The notes under the pieces are model-generated. The model made no database searches, had not been told where the DNA came from, and was given only the letters and a program-made list of their open reading frames with translations. The translations under genes were made by a program, and so were the position numbers. A DNA stretch of 64,000 bases from Cyanophora paradoxa CCMP329 (taxonomy: Eukaryota; Plantae; Glaucophyta): contig QPMI01000194.1 of the NCBI GenBank assembly GCA_004431415.1, forward strand, positions 62,001 through 126,000, in the 5' to 3' direction. The stretch's first letter is position 1. The number at the start of each line of letters is the position of its first letter. This document shows positions 49,109 through 59,340 of this stretch, one piece after another.

Positions 49109-52100
49109 TTAAGCGTCCGGCGCCACCTCCGGGGGCGCCCCCGGAGGTGCCGGCGGTTGCTCTGGCCGCGGCGGACGTCCCTGCCGTCGTTTCCGTGCAA
49201 CGTTTGCCGGTCTGTCACGGTAAGGGATCATCAAGTCGATGTGGACGATCAGCTCTTTCGTCCTTCTGTGCCGCTCTGACTCCGTCGTCGCCTTTACGGC
49301 ATACAGGTGCCCGTCTGAGAGCTCCCGTAAGACAACGAAGGGGCCGGTCCATCCGTTGTGGATGCCGCGTTTGAGGCCCTCGAACCAGCAGAGAACCTTC
49401 TCCCCCTTCCTGAACGAGCGCCGCAGCGGTTTGCCGCCATGGGCGCGCAGCAGCCGCTTGTTGTAGCGCTTGCGGTGCTCGGCTACTGCTGCCGCTCGAC
49501 TCTCAGCCGCCCGTGCGAGCCCCGCCAAGCGGTCGTTTAGTAACGTCGGGTCCGTTGGCCGTTGCCGTTCGTCGGGGTCGAAGCGCAGGTCGCCGGGGAG
49601 CGTGAGGTCGCGTCCAAAGTGAAGCACCGCGGGCGGGAAGCCCGTGGCTGCGTGGATGCCCGTGCGCATCGCGAGGAGAGCCTGGTGTACAAACTCCGTC
49701 CAGTGCCGGTTCGACTTGCCAGCCGCTTTGCAGAGCCCGTACACCAGTCGCTTGAACGTCTGTCCCAGGCGCTCGGCGCCGCCATTCGTGGACTGATGGA
49801 ACGCCGCTGCGCGAATGATGCGCGTGCCCTTGCTCTTCCAGAAGTTGTACCACTCCGACTGGATCAGCTGTGAGCCGTTGTCGATGAGGTAGCGCTGGAC
49901 GACGCCGTGGTCGGCGAGCGCCTGTTCCGCGCAGCGACGCAGCGTCGACGCCTTCATGTCCGGGATCGGCTTCCCGTCGGGGTACTTGGAGTAAGCGTCG
50001 ACGCTGACGAAGGCGCCGACCATACCGTCCACCGACAGGTCCAAGTACATGATGTCGGCTTGGTGCAGGTCGCCTGGGAAGTACGCCTCGAAGATCTTGC
50101 AGAGAACCTTTGGCCGCCGCCGCGCCTTCGCTCGTTGGCAGTGAGGGCACGACCGCACGTAGCGGTGTACCGACGACGTCATGCCATCCCACCAGAAGCG
50201 GCTGAAGATGCGCCTCGCGACGATGTCCGCACCGCGGTGGGCCCAGTCGTCGTGGTACGCGGAGAGGATCATCTCCCGCAGCGTTTCCGGCACCACAACC
50301 AGGGAGCGCATGTCAGCCAGAGGCGGGAGGCGTCGAACGACCCCGTCCGCAATCTCGTAGCTGTCCATCATGTCGGCGTACGCCTCCTTAGCGCGCAGGC
50401 ACCACTTGCACGTGATCTGGTCCTCGGGGATTTCCAACTTGCGGTGATCGCGACAGCGGGCCGTGTTAACGCCGTTGTTGATGAACTCCCGGACCTGCTT
50501 GCACCACGGGTCGTTGTGCTGCTCCAGGACCATCGCCGTCGCGTCGGACATGAACCGCTTGAGCTTGTCAGGAGGGGGGGGATCAACGATCCTGCGGTGG
50601 CCCTCCGCCCAGACGTCCCGCACTTCGCCCTCGACGATAACGTCCAGCGGTCTGACCCGGTCGCCTGCGGGTCCCTGCAGAGGTGCTACGAAGCCGCTTG
50701 GTACCCGCTCGACCGTCTCGTCGTCATCGCTGCGTTCGCCTCCGTTGTCCGACTTCGGCTCCTCGCGCTGCTGCCCTCCTCCCCTCTGTGATGCCCCTGA
50801 CGAGCCGGCGTCCCCGGCGGCATCCCCTACTCCGTTGGCGTTCTCCTCTCCGGCGGCGTCGGGAATGGACGGAGGCGCGACCGAATACCGTCCCTGACGG
50901 GATTTCCAACCCCGCAGCTGGCGGCGGCGGAGCTGCGCCTCGTTGTACAGGCGACGGTGCTCCTCCATCGCCGGCTCCCCCTCGAAATCCTTGAGGCCCG
51001 CAAGGAACTTCTTGAGGAACCGGCGCTGGCGGCGCTTGTAGTGCTTCGAGCGGGGCCTCCCGTCCGGTCGAAAGACTTGCGGCGTCAGGTTCGGGTGCGC
51101 AGCGTTGAACTGGAGCGGCGCGTGGGGCGGCCCGTCCGCGAGATGTTCCTGGTCGGCGCCTGACAGAGGCGCAGGGTCCGCGAGGCGGCGTGCAGCCTCC
51201 TCGCTGACCCGTTCCGCCTGCTCCGCCAGTGCGTTGAGGCCCGTCTCCGCGGACGATGGCGGGTGCTGAGCCCGTCGCGGATACCGTGCACGGCCGCTGG
51301 TCGCGGCGGCATTGTCGGGGTGCTGCCATGCGGGGCCGAGGTCGGATTCCAGGTTCTGAAGGGCGCGCCGCCGCCGTCCAGGTGGTTGGGCCATCGGCGC
51401 CGGGTCCGCCTCATCTACGCCGGGCGAGGCGGCGCGCAGCTCCGAGGGTGGTGCTGCTGTCGCCGGCGGTGCCTCCACCGGCACCGGCGGTCCCCCATCC
51501 TCCGCCACGGCCGTCGTCGGCGCCGAGGTGGCTGGCTTGTCACCAGGCGGGCCGTCGGGGAACGTCCGGGCCAACCATTCGTCGACGTCCACTGCACTCG
51601 GAGCTGCTGTCGAGGTCGCTTGAGAGGATCGCGTGCGGTACATGCCCGAGCTGATCATCCGGTCGGCAATCTCGAAGCTACGGTCGAGCGCTGTCTGCGG
51701 CCGCCTCGGCGCCGGGGCCGCCGGGGCTTCTTGCGGGTCCCGTCGGCCCCCTTGCGCTGCGCTCCGCCAGGCTGGCCCGAGGGCGGAGTCGAGGTTGCGC
51801 AGCTCCCGCGGCGCTCTCCCCGTGCGTGCCTCCTTCTGCTGAACCCGCCGGATGCGGCGGCGCTCCTTCTCGGCCCGCAGCACGCGCGCCGCCTCGATCG
51901 CCGTTCTTGCGACGCTCGCCATCTCCCGCGCCGGGTCTTCGCGGGGGAGCTGGACGAAGTACATCCGAGGGCTCGTCCGGGTCCCCAGGGACCGGCACCG
52001 CGAAGCCCGGGCGCCGGGCGCGGCGCCTGGCGCGTCTTCGGAGCCGTCGGCCGCGCCGTTGTAGACGGGGTGGTTCAGCGGGGCGCGCGACATTGCATCT

Positions 52101-54451
52101 GCCGCGCCGTTGGTCGTGCCCTTGCAGTGTTTGATGATGTAGTTGTAACCCTGCAGGTACATGGCCACCTTGGCGAGGTAACGGTTGGGCGGCTGGCTCG
52201 TCGACGTGTTGCGGAGCGAGAGGAGCGGCTCGTGATCCGTGTGGATCTCGAACGGCTGGTTGCACTCGAAGTAGTGCGTCCACTGCTTCAGAGCCCACAG
52301 CAACGTCATCGCCTCCCCCTCCACAGCGCCGTAGTTGCGCTCCGAGTCGCCGTTCGTGCGGCTGGAGAACATGAGCGGCCGGACGTTGCCGGCGTCGTCG
52401 GCCTGGTGCAAGATCGCGCCCATCGCCTGCTTGCTCCAGTCCGTTGTCACGATGAACGGCCGCGCGGCGTCGTTGAAGTGAGGGAAGGGGAGGGCGACGT
52501 CGTCGATGAGGGCGGTCTGGAGGGTGCGGAACGCCTCCCTGCAGCGATCGTCCCAGAGCGTCACGAAGGACTGCGGGGCCCCGCCTGGTTCCCGAGGCTT
52601 GTCGCGGTGCTTGAGCACATCGTACAGCGGTTGTGCGATGCGGGCGTAGTTGCGGACGAAGCGTCGGTAGTAACCCGTGAGGCCGACGAAAGAGTGGAGG
52701 TTCTCCGGGGTCGACGGTTCGGGCCACTTGGCGATCATGTCCATCTTCTTCTTGTCCTTCCGTACGCCTTCTCCGGAGACGCGGTGTCCCAGGAGCTCGA
52801 TTTCGCGGACCATGAAGCGGCACTTGCTCGGCTTCAGTTTGAGGTTCCCGCGTTCCACGGCGGCGAAGAAGGCCTCCAGGTCGATGAGGTGCTGGTCGAC
52901 CGTGGAGGAGAAGATGGTCAGGTCATCGACGTACGCGACCACGCAGGTCGAGAGAAGCGGGCCCATGATCGACGAGATAGCCCTGCAGAACGCCGACGGC
53001 CCGTTCGTGATCCCGAATGGAGTGACTTTCCACTGGTACATGCCCCAAGGGACGATGAACGTCGTGTACTTGCGCGACTCCTCCGAGAGCGGAAGCTGCC
53101 AGAATCCTGACGTCGCATCACAGGTTGAAAAGACGCGCGCCTTGCGCAGCCGTTCGAGCTGGTCGTCGATGCGGGGGAGCGGGAAGACGTCGCGCTCCGT
53201 CAGCAGATTCAGTTTGCGATAGTCGATGCAGAACCGTAGCGTGCCGTCCTTCTTCGGCGCCAGCACCACCGGGGAGCCATAGCCAGCCTGGGAGGGCTCG
53301 ATCAAGTCGTCGCGCAGCAACTTCTCGATCTCCTTCCGTGTAGCCTCTTCCGCTGTCGGTGACATCCGACGCGGGTGAGTGTACAGCGGCAGGTTGACCT
53401 TGTCGACTCCAGGCTGGAGCTGTAGCGAGTGCTCGAATTTGAGCAGATCCCGGGGGTCCAGGCGGTTGGTGAAGGAACGCTTGTTGCGGCTGAGCAAGGC
53501 CGTCAGCCGCTCCGCCTGGAACGAGGTCGTCTCCGGTAACGCATCTGCCCGCGAGGCGGCTCGCAGCGCCTCGAGCGCCTCCTTCCAGGCCTCCTCGGGT
53601 GACTTCTCGTCTGGAGGCTTGTCGGAGGTCGGCGGATCCATCGCGTTCGTACTCATCGTCGCTTGCCGTACTGCTGCTGGAGGCGACTGCGGCCCCCCGG
53701 GGTCCAGGTTGTCCCTTCGCCATCGGAGTACAAGACAGCGCAAGTCGGCGATGTGAGCGCGGGCTTCAACTGCCCCGTCGCCCGTCTGTCGCTCGAGTCG
53801 CGTGGACCATTTGTCGAGGGCGGCGTCGAGTTCCTGGACCTCGTCGGCCGTAAGCGGTGTTTGCTCCTGTTCACCGCTGTTGGTGTCCGGGCGCTTGAAA
53901 CATTCTGGCCACCGTTGCCGGGCGACTCGGCGGAAGTGCTTCGGGCCGACGCGCCGACGGACCACCACAGGTCGCGCCGCCTGCAGGATTCGCCGTGCAG
54001 CCGCCCGTCGCTGATCGTCGGTCCACGTGGAGGACGGGCCCGAGGGGAAGGGCGTGGAGTCTGGCGTGAACTCGCCCTCTTCCCAGTGCCCGAATTCAGC
54101 GTAGCCGATGATCGTACCCTCCGAAAGGTGGAGCGGTTTGCGTGTAGGGTTACAGATATGAACGTGGAGGTGGCGGGGGGTTCGGGAGGCGTGTGACCAG
54201 AGTTGGGTGGGGACAGTGAAGGAAGGAGGGAGTAGGGGCGTCTCGTCGCCCCGAGGTACTACAGCTGAGTCACGCGGGTCTGCGTCAGGCGAGCCGAACG
54301 CTGTGATGCGGACTTCGTCTTGCTGAACCGGAAGCTGGCCCCGCAGGTCCGGCACATGGCACCGTACGAAGGCTTCGCCTCTTGGTACGTAGAGGGGACG
54401 GAGAAGGCGGACCGGAACGGCCCCTCCGGTTCGGTCCGAGGACGAAAAGGG
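49109..54451 (-). CDS. pol: Gypsy pol: RT, RNase H, integrase (with GPY/F); entered by -1 frameshift
   Basis: KKDGTLRFCIDYRKLN, PFGITNGP, YVDD, TTDWSK, IHTDHEPL, HDDWAH..CPHC, QADI..IDNGSQ..NGGAER, WTGPF. Confidence 0.96.
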   Translation of the reverse strand, partial: PFSSSDRTGGAVPVRLLRPLYVPRGEAFVRCHVPDLRGQLPVQQDEVRITAFGSPDADPRDSAVVPRGDETPLLPPSFTVPTQLWSHASRTPRHLHVHICNPTRKPLHLSEGTIIGYAEFGHWEEGEFTPDSTPFPSGPSSTWTDDQRRAAARRILQAARPVVVRRRVGPKHFRRVARQRWPECFKRPDTNSGEQEQTPLTADEVQELDAALDKWSTRLERQTGDGAVEARAHIADLRCLVLRWRRDNLDPGGPQSPPAAVRQATMSTNAMDPPTSDKPPDEKSPEEAWKEALEALRAASRADALPETTSFQAERLTALLSRNKRSFTNRLDPRDLLKFEHSLQLQPGVDKVNLPLYTHPRRMSPTAEEATRKEIEKLLRDDLIEPSQAGYGSPVVLAPKKDGTLRFCIDYRKLNLLTERDVFPLPRIDDQLERLRKARVFSTCDATSGFWQLPLSEESRKYTTFIVPWGMYQWKVTPFGITNGPSAFCRAISSIMGPLLSTCVVAYVDDLTIFSSTVDQHLIDLEAFFAAVERGNLKLKPSKCRFMVREIELLGHRVSGEGVRKDKKKMDMIAKWPEPSTPENLHSFVGLTGYYRRFVRNYARIAQPLYDVLKHRDKPREPGGAPQSFVTLWDDRCREAFRTLQTALIDDVALPFPHFNDAARPFIVTTDWSKQAMGAILHQADDAGNVRPLMFSSRTNGDSERNYGAVEGEAMTLLWALKQWTHYFECNQPFEIHTDHEPLLSLRNTSTSQPPNRYLAKVAMYLQGYNYIIKHCKGTTNGAADAMSRAPLNHPVYNGAADGSEDAPGAAPGARASRCRSLGTRTSPRMYFVQLPREDPAREMASVARTAIEAARVLRAEKERRRIRRVQQKEARTGRAPRELRNLDSALGPAWRSAAQGGRRDPQEAPAAPAPRRPQTALDRSFEIADRMISSGMYRTRSSQATSTAAPSAVDVDEWLARTFPDGPPGDKPATSAPTTAVAEDGGPPVPVEAPPATAAPPSELRAASPGVDEADPAPMAQPPGRRRRALQNLESDLGPAWQHPDNAAATSGRARYPRRAQHPPSSAETGLNALAEQAERVSEEAARRLADPAPLSGADQEHLADGPPHAPLQFNAAHPNLTPQVFRPDGRPRSKHYKRRQRRFLKKFLAGLKDFEGEPAMEEHRRLYNEAQLRRRQLRGWKSRQGRYSVAPPSIPDAAGEENANGVGDAAGDAGSSGASQRGGGQQREEPKSDNGGERSDDDETVERVPSGFVAPLQGPAGDRVRPLDVIVEGEVRDVWAEGHRRIVDPPPPDKLKRFMSDATAMVLEQHNDPWCKQVREFINNGVNTARCRDHRKLEIPEDQITCKWCLRAKEAYADMMDSYEIADGVVRRLPPLADMRSLVVVPETLREMILSAYHDDWAHRGADIVARRIFSRFWWDGMTSSVHRYVRSCPHCQRAKARRRPKVLCKIFEAYFPGDLHQADIMYLDLSVDGMVGAFVSVDAYSKYPDGKPIPDMKASTLRRCAEQALADHGVVQRYLIDNGSQLIQSEWYNFWKSKGTRIIRAAAFHQSTNGGAERLGQTFKRLVYGLCKAAGKSNRHWTEFVHQALLAMRTGIHAATGFPPAVLHFGRDLTLPGDLRFDPDERQRPTDPTLLNDRLAGLARAAESRAAAVAEHRKRYNKRLLRAHGGKPLRRSFRKGEKVLCWFEGLKRGIHNGWTGPFVVLRELSDGHLYAVKATTESERHRRTKELIVHIDLMIPYRDRPANVARKRRQGRPPRPEQPPAPPGAPPEVAPDA

Positions 54452-57400
54452 ACGAAGTGGTTCTCCTGGTCGTCCGGCGAGGTGATGTGCATGCCCCACA
54501 TCTCCGGTGCGCAGCTGATCTGAGCGCGGAGCGCGATGAGGGTCGACAAGCCGAGCAGCATCTTGACATCGCCCATGGAGTTCGGCGACGTGACGACGAC
54601 TGTCCGCGCGAGGCGGACCGGGCCCAACGTCAGAACCACGTGTGCCGTGCGGCCATACGTCGTGATGTTCGACTGGAAGCCGACGAGGGGCACGCGCTCG
54701 TTGAGGTAGGTGAGGCCGGGGATCATCTCAGCCACACTGCCTTCCAAGACATCCACCTCCGCCCCGGAGTCCACGATGACCTTGATCAGGATGCTCTCCT
54801 TGGCCCACCCGTTCGCCCCCAACGCCGCGATTCCACACTCCACCAGCAGTCGTGTCGCCTGGAGGCGGTCCATCCAGGCGTTCTGATCGCGCTTCACGGC
54901 GCTCGCGACGAGCCTCTCCGCCAGCAGCTTGCCCACCTCTCCTCCGACTGTGCGCGAGATGCCCTCCGCGAGCTCCTTGGCCAACGCCTCCACCACCGGC
55001 GATACGGTGGTCATCGGTGTGCCCGCGTCGTCCGTGTGCACCGCCAGCACCCGTGTGAGGAGAGGGAGGCTCGCAGGGTGGAAGACAAACTCGGGGTCCG
55101 CGCTCGTCGTGATCGAATTGGGATGTAGGAGCTGCATCTGGCGGGCTGCGGGGTTTGCTGCCGCCAGCCGAAGGACTCGTCGATGTGCACGCGTGCTTCG
55201 CCATGGCGTTGCTGGCGGAGCGGGCCGATCGTCCTCACTACTGTCTCCTGCCTGCGCGGAATCCGAAGAGGCGCGTTTCCCGAAGAAGCCGACGCCCGCG
55301 CGTTGCGAGAGTGTTGGTTGACGCTGGGGCCCTTCTCCGAAACGCAGCTGGCGGAAAGGGTGCTCGAATGCGGACACGATCACGCATTCCTTGACCGCGA
55401 GTTCCAGCGCCAAATCGCTGTTGCGTGCGGGGCGGCCGAGCTCCTTCTGGATTCGCTGCGTCGTCTCGTAGAGTCCTTGCAGCACCGTGAGGTCACTCTG
55501 CACCTCGTGGATCAGGTCCGGGATCCGCCTCAGCTCTGCCTCCGGTGTACGCCCTTCATACATTCGTGCCACGAGTCTGCGATCCACTGTCGCCACGCAC
55601 ACGGGGTTCTGGACGTCGCAGGGCAGGGCGCAGCTTGCATCTGTGCAAGCGTTGATGAACGTGCACAGCTGGCTCACGATTCCGTCGAACTCGAGTGGCG
55701 TCACCGACAGGATTCGCTTCGTGTACCACGTGACCGTGTCCGGCGCCGTCAGCGCCGCCTCCTTTGGCAGATCAATGCAGACCGCGGCGGGGACGAGCCG
55801 GGGTACGCGTTTGGCCAGGAGAGTTTCCCGCGTCGTTCGCCCGCACGCGTTGCTCACTACCGTCACGTAGAAGACCGCCTGCCTGTGCACCTCCAGTTTC
55901 CGCGCCGCCGAGCGAGAATCTGTGCCATCCACGGCCCATCGCGCCGTCCTCCGTGCGATGTACGCCGCCAAGTGAATCATGCGCGTGTAGACGAGGCTAT
56001 GAGAGAGCCGTAGACTCGTCCAGTCGATCGCGTCGACTTGCGTTACGAAGTCCCGGTCGTACCAGGCGCCGCCTTCCCCGGTCGTTGACGCCCCTGCTCC
56101 TGCCAAGAGGAGGAGTTGCCCCGAGCCGTGGTACTTCGTCCATCGCGTTGCTGTCTGGAGAAACGTGACGAACTGCAGGTCCGTGTAGTCTATCGAGAGC
56201 ATGTACTTCGCGATGGCGCGGAGTGATGTAGGAATGAGCGCTCGTGCAACTCGCCGTGGTGCTGTTGTTGCCGCCTCCGACTCGGACGGTGCCGTCACGT
56301 ACACCGACGACGCTGTGTCCCCAGTCTCCGAGCTGTAGACCGACGCCGATGACGACATCGTCGTCGCCGCTGACGACGCTGTTGTCGTAGATGTCGAGCC
56401 CCCGTACGTCGAATCTGTCGTTGATGACGCTGTCGGCGCTCCGCCTGTTGTGCCCACCGTCGCCTTGGCGCTGGCCGCGAGGCGTCTCTGCAGCTTGCGC
56501 CCCATCCGAGTGCGCGCCCGCTTCGACCCTTCCGACGTTGCCGAGGTGGGCGCCTGTGAGCTTGTCTCGTCCGTCGAGGGCGGCGGACGTTGAGTCCGGC
56601 TTGCCCGTCGGCGTCGCGGCCCCCGCCCAGAGCCACCCTGACCTCCGTCGCCTCCGTCCGCCCCCTCGTCGTCGTCGTCCCCAGTTCCGCCTTCCTCCGG
56701 TCCGGGCGGTAGAGCGATCCACACCGTGTAGTCCGCCAGCTCCCGGGCCCCGCTTCCTACTAGGCTGCAGTCGATGAACGCGTCGCCACGCCGCTTGGGC
56801 GCAGCGTGCAGGTAGTACGGGAGCGGGTTGGTCGCCCCCAGGCGCAAGCTGGTGTCTTCTGCCACGCCCTCCGGGTGCCCCTCCGGTCCCGGCTGCGCCC
56901 CGTGGTACACCAGCGGGCCCGCGTGGGTGATGTGCAGGGCCTCGTCCCCGTACGCGTCACGGAGCCACGTGGTGAACTCTGTCCACAAGGCGCTGTTCTC
57001 CCCTTGTAGCATCTCATCGAGGAGAACCGGGAACAGTGACGTGTGGAGCGGATCCAACGCTGCCCCCTCGAGCGCTTCGCCCATGCTCCACCAGCGGTCG
57101 AAGATCAGCGCGAACCGATCGGCCACCTCCTCCAGTTGCGACGCGTCGACGTGTGTCTGCTGGTTGCCGTCGCCGTCCGCGGTAATCGTGAACGCCCGCA
57201 TCACCGGTACCGCGATCATGTTGTCCAGCGTGCATGGATCTACGGGCCGACGAGGCTTGTAGAAGCGGAAGCCGCGGAAGAAAGTCGCCGCCTGCATGAT
57301 GCCCAGCCGGATGCTCTCCGCAAAGACTGATGGTTCCGGGCAGGTGAAACCATGTCTCGTGAGGAAGTTCATCAGTGCCGGCTGCACGTGGTACGTGCCG

Positions 57401-59340
57401 TCGCACATGTCGCTCTCAGTGGCTTCGGGCACGGCCTCGACATACGCCGGGTAGCCCGTCATGTAACAGCAGCGCTGCTGGATGTGATCCGCCACCTCCG
57501 CTGGCATCGGTGTCGAAAGCCGCGGGTTGCTCGCGTGCAGCTGCATGACCGCAGCCAGGATGAACCCCGAGCTGATCTGTGCGCGTACCACTTCGCGTCG
57601 GAATCCGAGGACCGCAAAGACCTCCGGGTGTCGCGGGCAACGACGGGCTTGCCGCTCGGTCACTCCCCCTTGTTCGTACAACTCGTCACGTGTTTGTGAA
57701 TTCACGCAACTACCCACGCTCACGATAACGCCGTGCGCCCCGACGAAGTGCCCGAACGAGGTCAGAGCTGCTGGAAATTCCGAGCGCTCTTCCCGGAGCC
57801 CGAGAAGTCGCTGTGTGAACGCATTTTGCTGGACGGCGTACTGCTGGAATCTCTGTTGGCCCTCGCGCGTCTTTGAGCTCAACGTAACACGCGCCGGCGG
57901 CATGACCTCATTCTGCAGGTCGATTGGGAACATCTCCCGCCCGACGTCGGGCTCGAGCGGTGTCCGTTGGGGGTTAGTCGGGCTGTAGTGTTCGAAGTGC
58001 TCGCTGGGCACCGGGTGCACGCAGACGTCGCCCAGGAAGCAGGGGTAGATTTGCGGGGCGACGTGGACCTGTCGCGGATCCGCCGTCTGGAATTCCAACT
58101 CTGTCGAGCAGGGCCAGTCGTGGCGGTTGAGCACGCCGGGCTTGTTGAAGTCCTGCAGGAATGCGACGACTCTGCTCAGCATGGTCCCGACGTTGTACCA
58201 GACAGCGATCTCGCGCATCATGACCGCACGGAGCGTGTCGCTGGCGCAGACGTACTGCCGCAGCTTCGTCTCGCGAACCATCAGGATGTCGAACGCCCCC
58301 AATCCCGTCGGCAGGTTGCAACTGTGAGCTGCCGCCTCCACGCTCGTTGGTAGCCCCGTCAGTGCGTTCAATAGCCAGGCTACCAAGGGGAATGCCAAGT
58401 GGACGCGCAAGGCTGTCGTGGCAAAGCAGGAAGCCAGGTGGGCGACCGCTGTCAGTTCCCGATGCGGGTCGGGGACATGCGAGAACCCGAGAAGAAGGTC
58501 GTGGCCCGTCCCGTCGTCCGTCCCGAGCCAGTGTCGCTCCGTTGTCGTTGGCAACTGCACCTCGAACACCATCGTTGCATGAATGTCGTCGTCGCGGGCC
58601 GGGTCGAACACGGAACCGTGGTCCGTCGTCAGCTCTTCGGCGGAGGTGGGATGACTCGGATGCTGCCAGGCCAGCGCCGTCCGCGTCGGAGCCCTGTACT
58701 CGAACCGGCTCTGCAGCGCCGTTGTCCCCGCCTTGACGTCCGTGAAGAGCGTGAGCTCGTCCCCGTTGATGCACACCCGTCCCAGTGCATCGTAACGCTC
58801 CCAGGGCTGGTCCTCCGGTTGTGGCTGCTGGCGCCTCCGCCGGCGTTGCGGGGCCTCGGCCAGGGGCCGGGCGCTTGGCGCTCCAGCGCGCTCCTCCCCC
58901 GGTCTGGCCCGCGGGCCTGTTGGCTGTCCGAGCAGCTGGCCCATCGCCTGCTGGAAGAGCCGCCCTTGGATGCGAGGTGTCCGTGCCCGTTGCGACTCGA
59001 ACGCCGCGGCGATGGCACCGTCAACCGGTTCGGCCCGCTCGTGCAGGCGTCTCCACGTGGTGTAGTGGAAGTAGCCGCTCGCCGGCTGATCCCGAAGGAG
59101 CAAGGGATCCGTGTCGACGTCGTGGCGTGGGAGAGGTGTCGGGACGAACAGGTCCTGCTGGATTGCTCTGTCGTCTGCCGTCAACGCGCCGTCCCCGTGC
59201 TGCAGTTGCTTGCCGACGGCCTGTGCCAGTGGCCCTCCATGGAGTAGCATGTCGACGGCCGTCACCTCGTGGGGCTTCGCAGGTCGCCGGCTCGTGTTAA
59301 TCCGGGCCGGGTCGCCGCTCGCCACGAGGGCGACTGCCGC
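54259..59340 (-). CDS. Retrotransposon ORF2: large unknown region plus C-terminal aspartic protease
   Basis: VIVDSGAEVDVL ... MLLGLSTL retropepsin motifs near the C-terminus. The true start is uncertain because the ORF is open from 60066. Confidence 0.8.
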   Translation of the reverse strand, partial: AAVALVASGDPARINTSRRPAKPHEVTAVDMLLHGGPLAQAVGKQLQHGDGALTADDRAIQQDLFVPTPLPRHDVDTDPLLLRDQPASGYFHYTTWRRLHERAEPVDGAIAAAFESQRARTPRIQGRLFQQAMGQLLGQPTGPRARPGEERAGAPSARPLAEAPQRRRRRQQPQPEDQPWERYDALGRVCINGDELTLFTDVKAGTTALQSRFEYRAPTRTALAWQHPSHPTSAEELTTDHGSVFDPARDDDIHATMVFEVQLPTTTERHWLGTDDGTGHDLLLGFSHVPDPHRELTAVAHLASCFATTALRVHLAFPLVAWLLNALTGLPTSVEAAAHSCNLPTGLGAFDILMVRETKLRQYVCASDTLRAVMMREIAVWYNVGTMLSRVVAFLQDFNKPGVLNRHDWPCSTELEFQTADPRQVHVAPQIYPCFLGDVCVHPVPSEHFEHYSPTNPQRTPLEPDVGREMFPIDLQNEVMPPARVTLSSKTREGQQRFQQYAVQQNAFTQRLLGLREERSEFPAALTSFGHFVGAHGVIVSVGSCVNSQTRDELYEQGGVTERQARRCPRHPEVFAVLGFRREVVRAQISSGFILAAVMQLHASNPRLSTPMPAEVADHIQQRCCYMTGYPAYVEAVPEATESDMCDGTYHVQPALMNFLTRHGFTCPEPSVFAESIRLGIMQAATFFRGFRFYKPRRPVDPCTLDNMIAVPVMRAFTITADGDGNQQTHVDASQLEEVADRFALIFDRWWSMGEALEGAALDPLHTSLFPVLLDEMLQGENSALWTEFTTWLRDAYGDEALHITHAGPLVYHGAQPGPEGHPEGVAEDTSLRLGATNPLPYYLHAAPKRRGDAFIDCSLVGSGARELADYTVWIALPPGPEEGGTGDDDDEGADGGDGGQGGSGRGPRRRRASRTQRPPPSTDETSSQAPTSATSEGSKRARTRMGRKLQRRLAASAKATVGTTGGAPTASSTTDSTYGGSTSTTTASSAATTMSSSASVYSSETGDTASSVYVTAPSESEAATTAPRRVARALIPTSLRAIAKYMLSIDYTDLQFVTFLQTATRWTKYHGSGQLLLLAGAGASTTGEGGAWYDRDFVTQVDAIDWTSLRLSHSLVYTRMIHLAAYIARRTARWAVDGTDSRSAARKLEVHRQAVFYVTVVSNACGRTTRETLLAKRVPRLVPAAVCIDLPKEAALTAPDTVTWYTKRILSVTPLEFDGIVSQLCTFINACTDASCALPCDVQNPVCVATVDRRLVARMYEGRTPEAELRRIPDLIHEVQSDLTVLQGLYETTQRIQKELGRPARNSDLALELAVKECVIVSAFEHPFRQLRFGEGPQRQPTLSQRAGVGFFGKRASSDSAQAGDSSEDDRPAPPATPWRSTRAHRRVLRLAAANPAARQMQLLHPNSITTSADPEFVFHPASLPLLTRVLAVHTDDAGTPMTTVSPVVEALAKELAEGISRTVGGEVGKLLAERLVASAVKRDQNAWMDRLQATRLLVECGIAALGANGWAKESILIKVIVDSGAEVDVLEGSVAEMIPGLTYLNERVPLVGFQSNITTYGRTAHVVLTLGPVRLARTVVVTSPNSMGDVKMLLGLSTLIALRAQISCAPEMWGMHITSPDDQENHFVPFRPRTEPEGPFRSAFSVPSTYQEAKPSYGAMCRTCGASFRFSKTKSASQRSARLTQTRVTQL

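Noticed and set aside
51263-53110. 615-aa + strand ORF and other antisense ORFs over pol and the transposase
   Set aside because: Shadow ORFs produced by high GC3 codon bias on the opposite strand.
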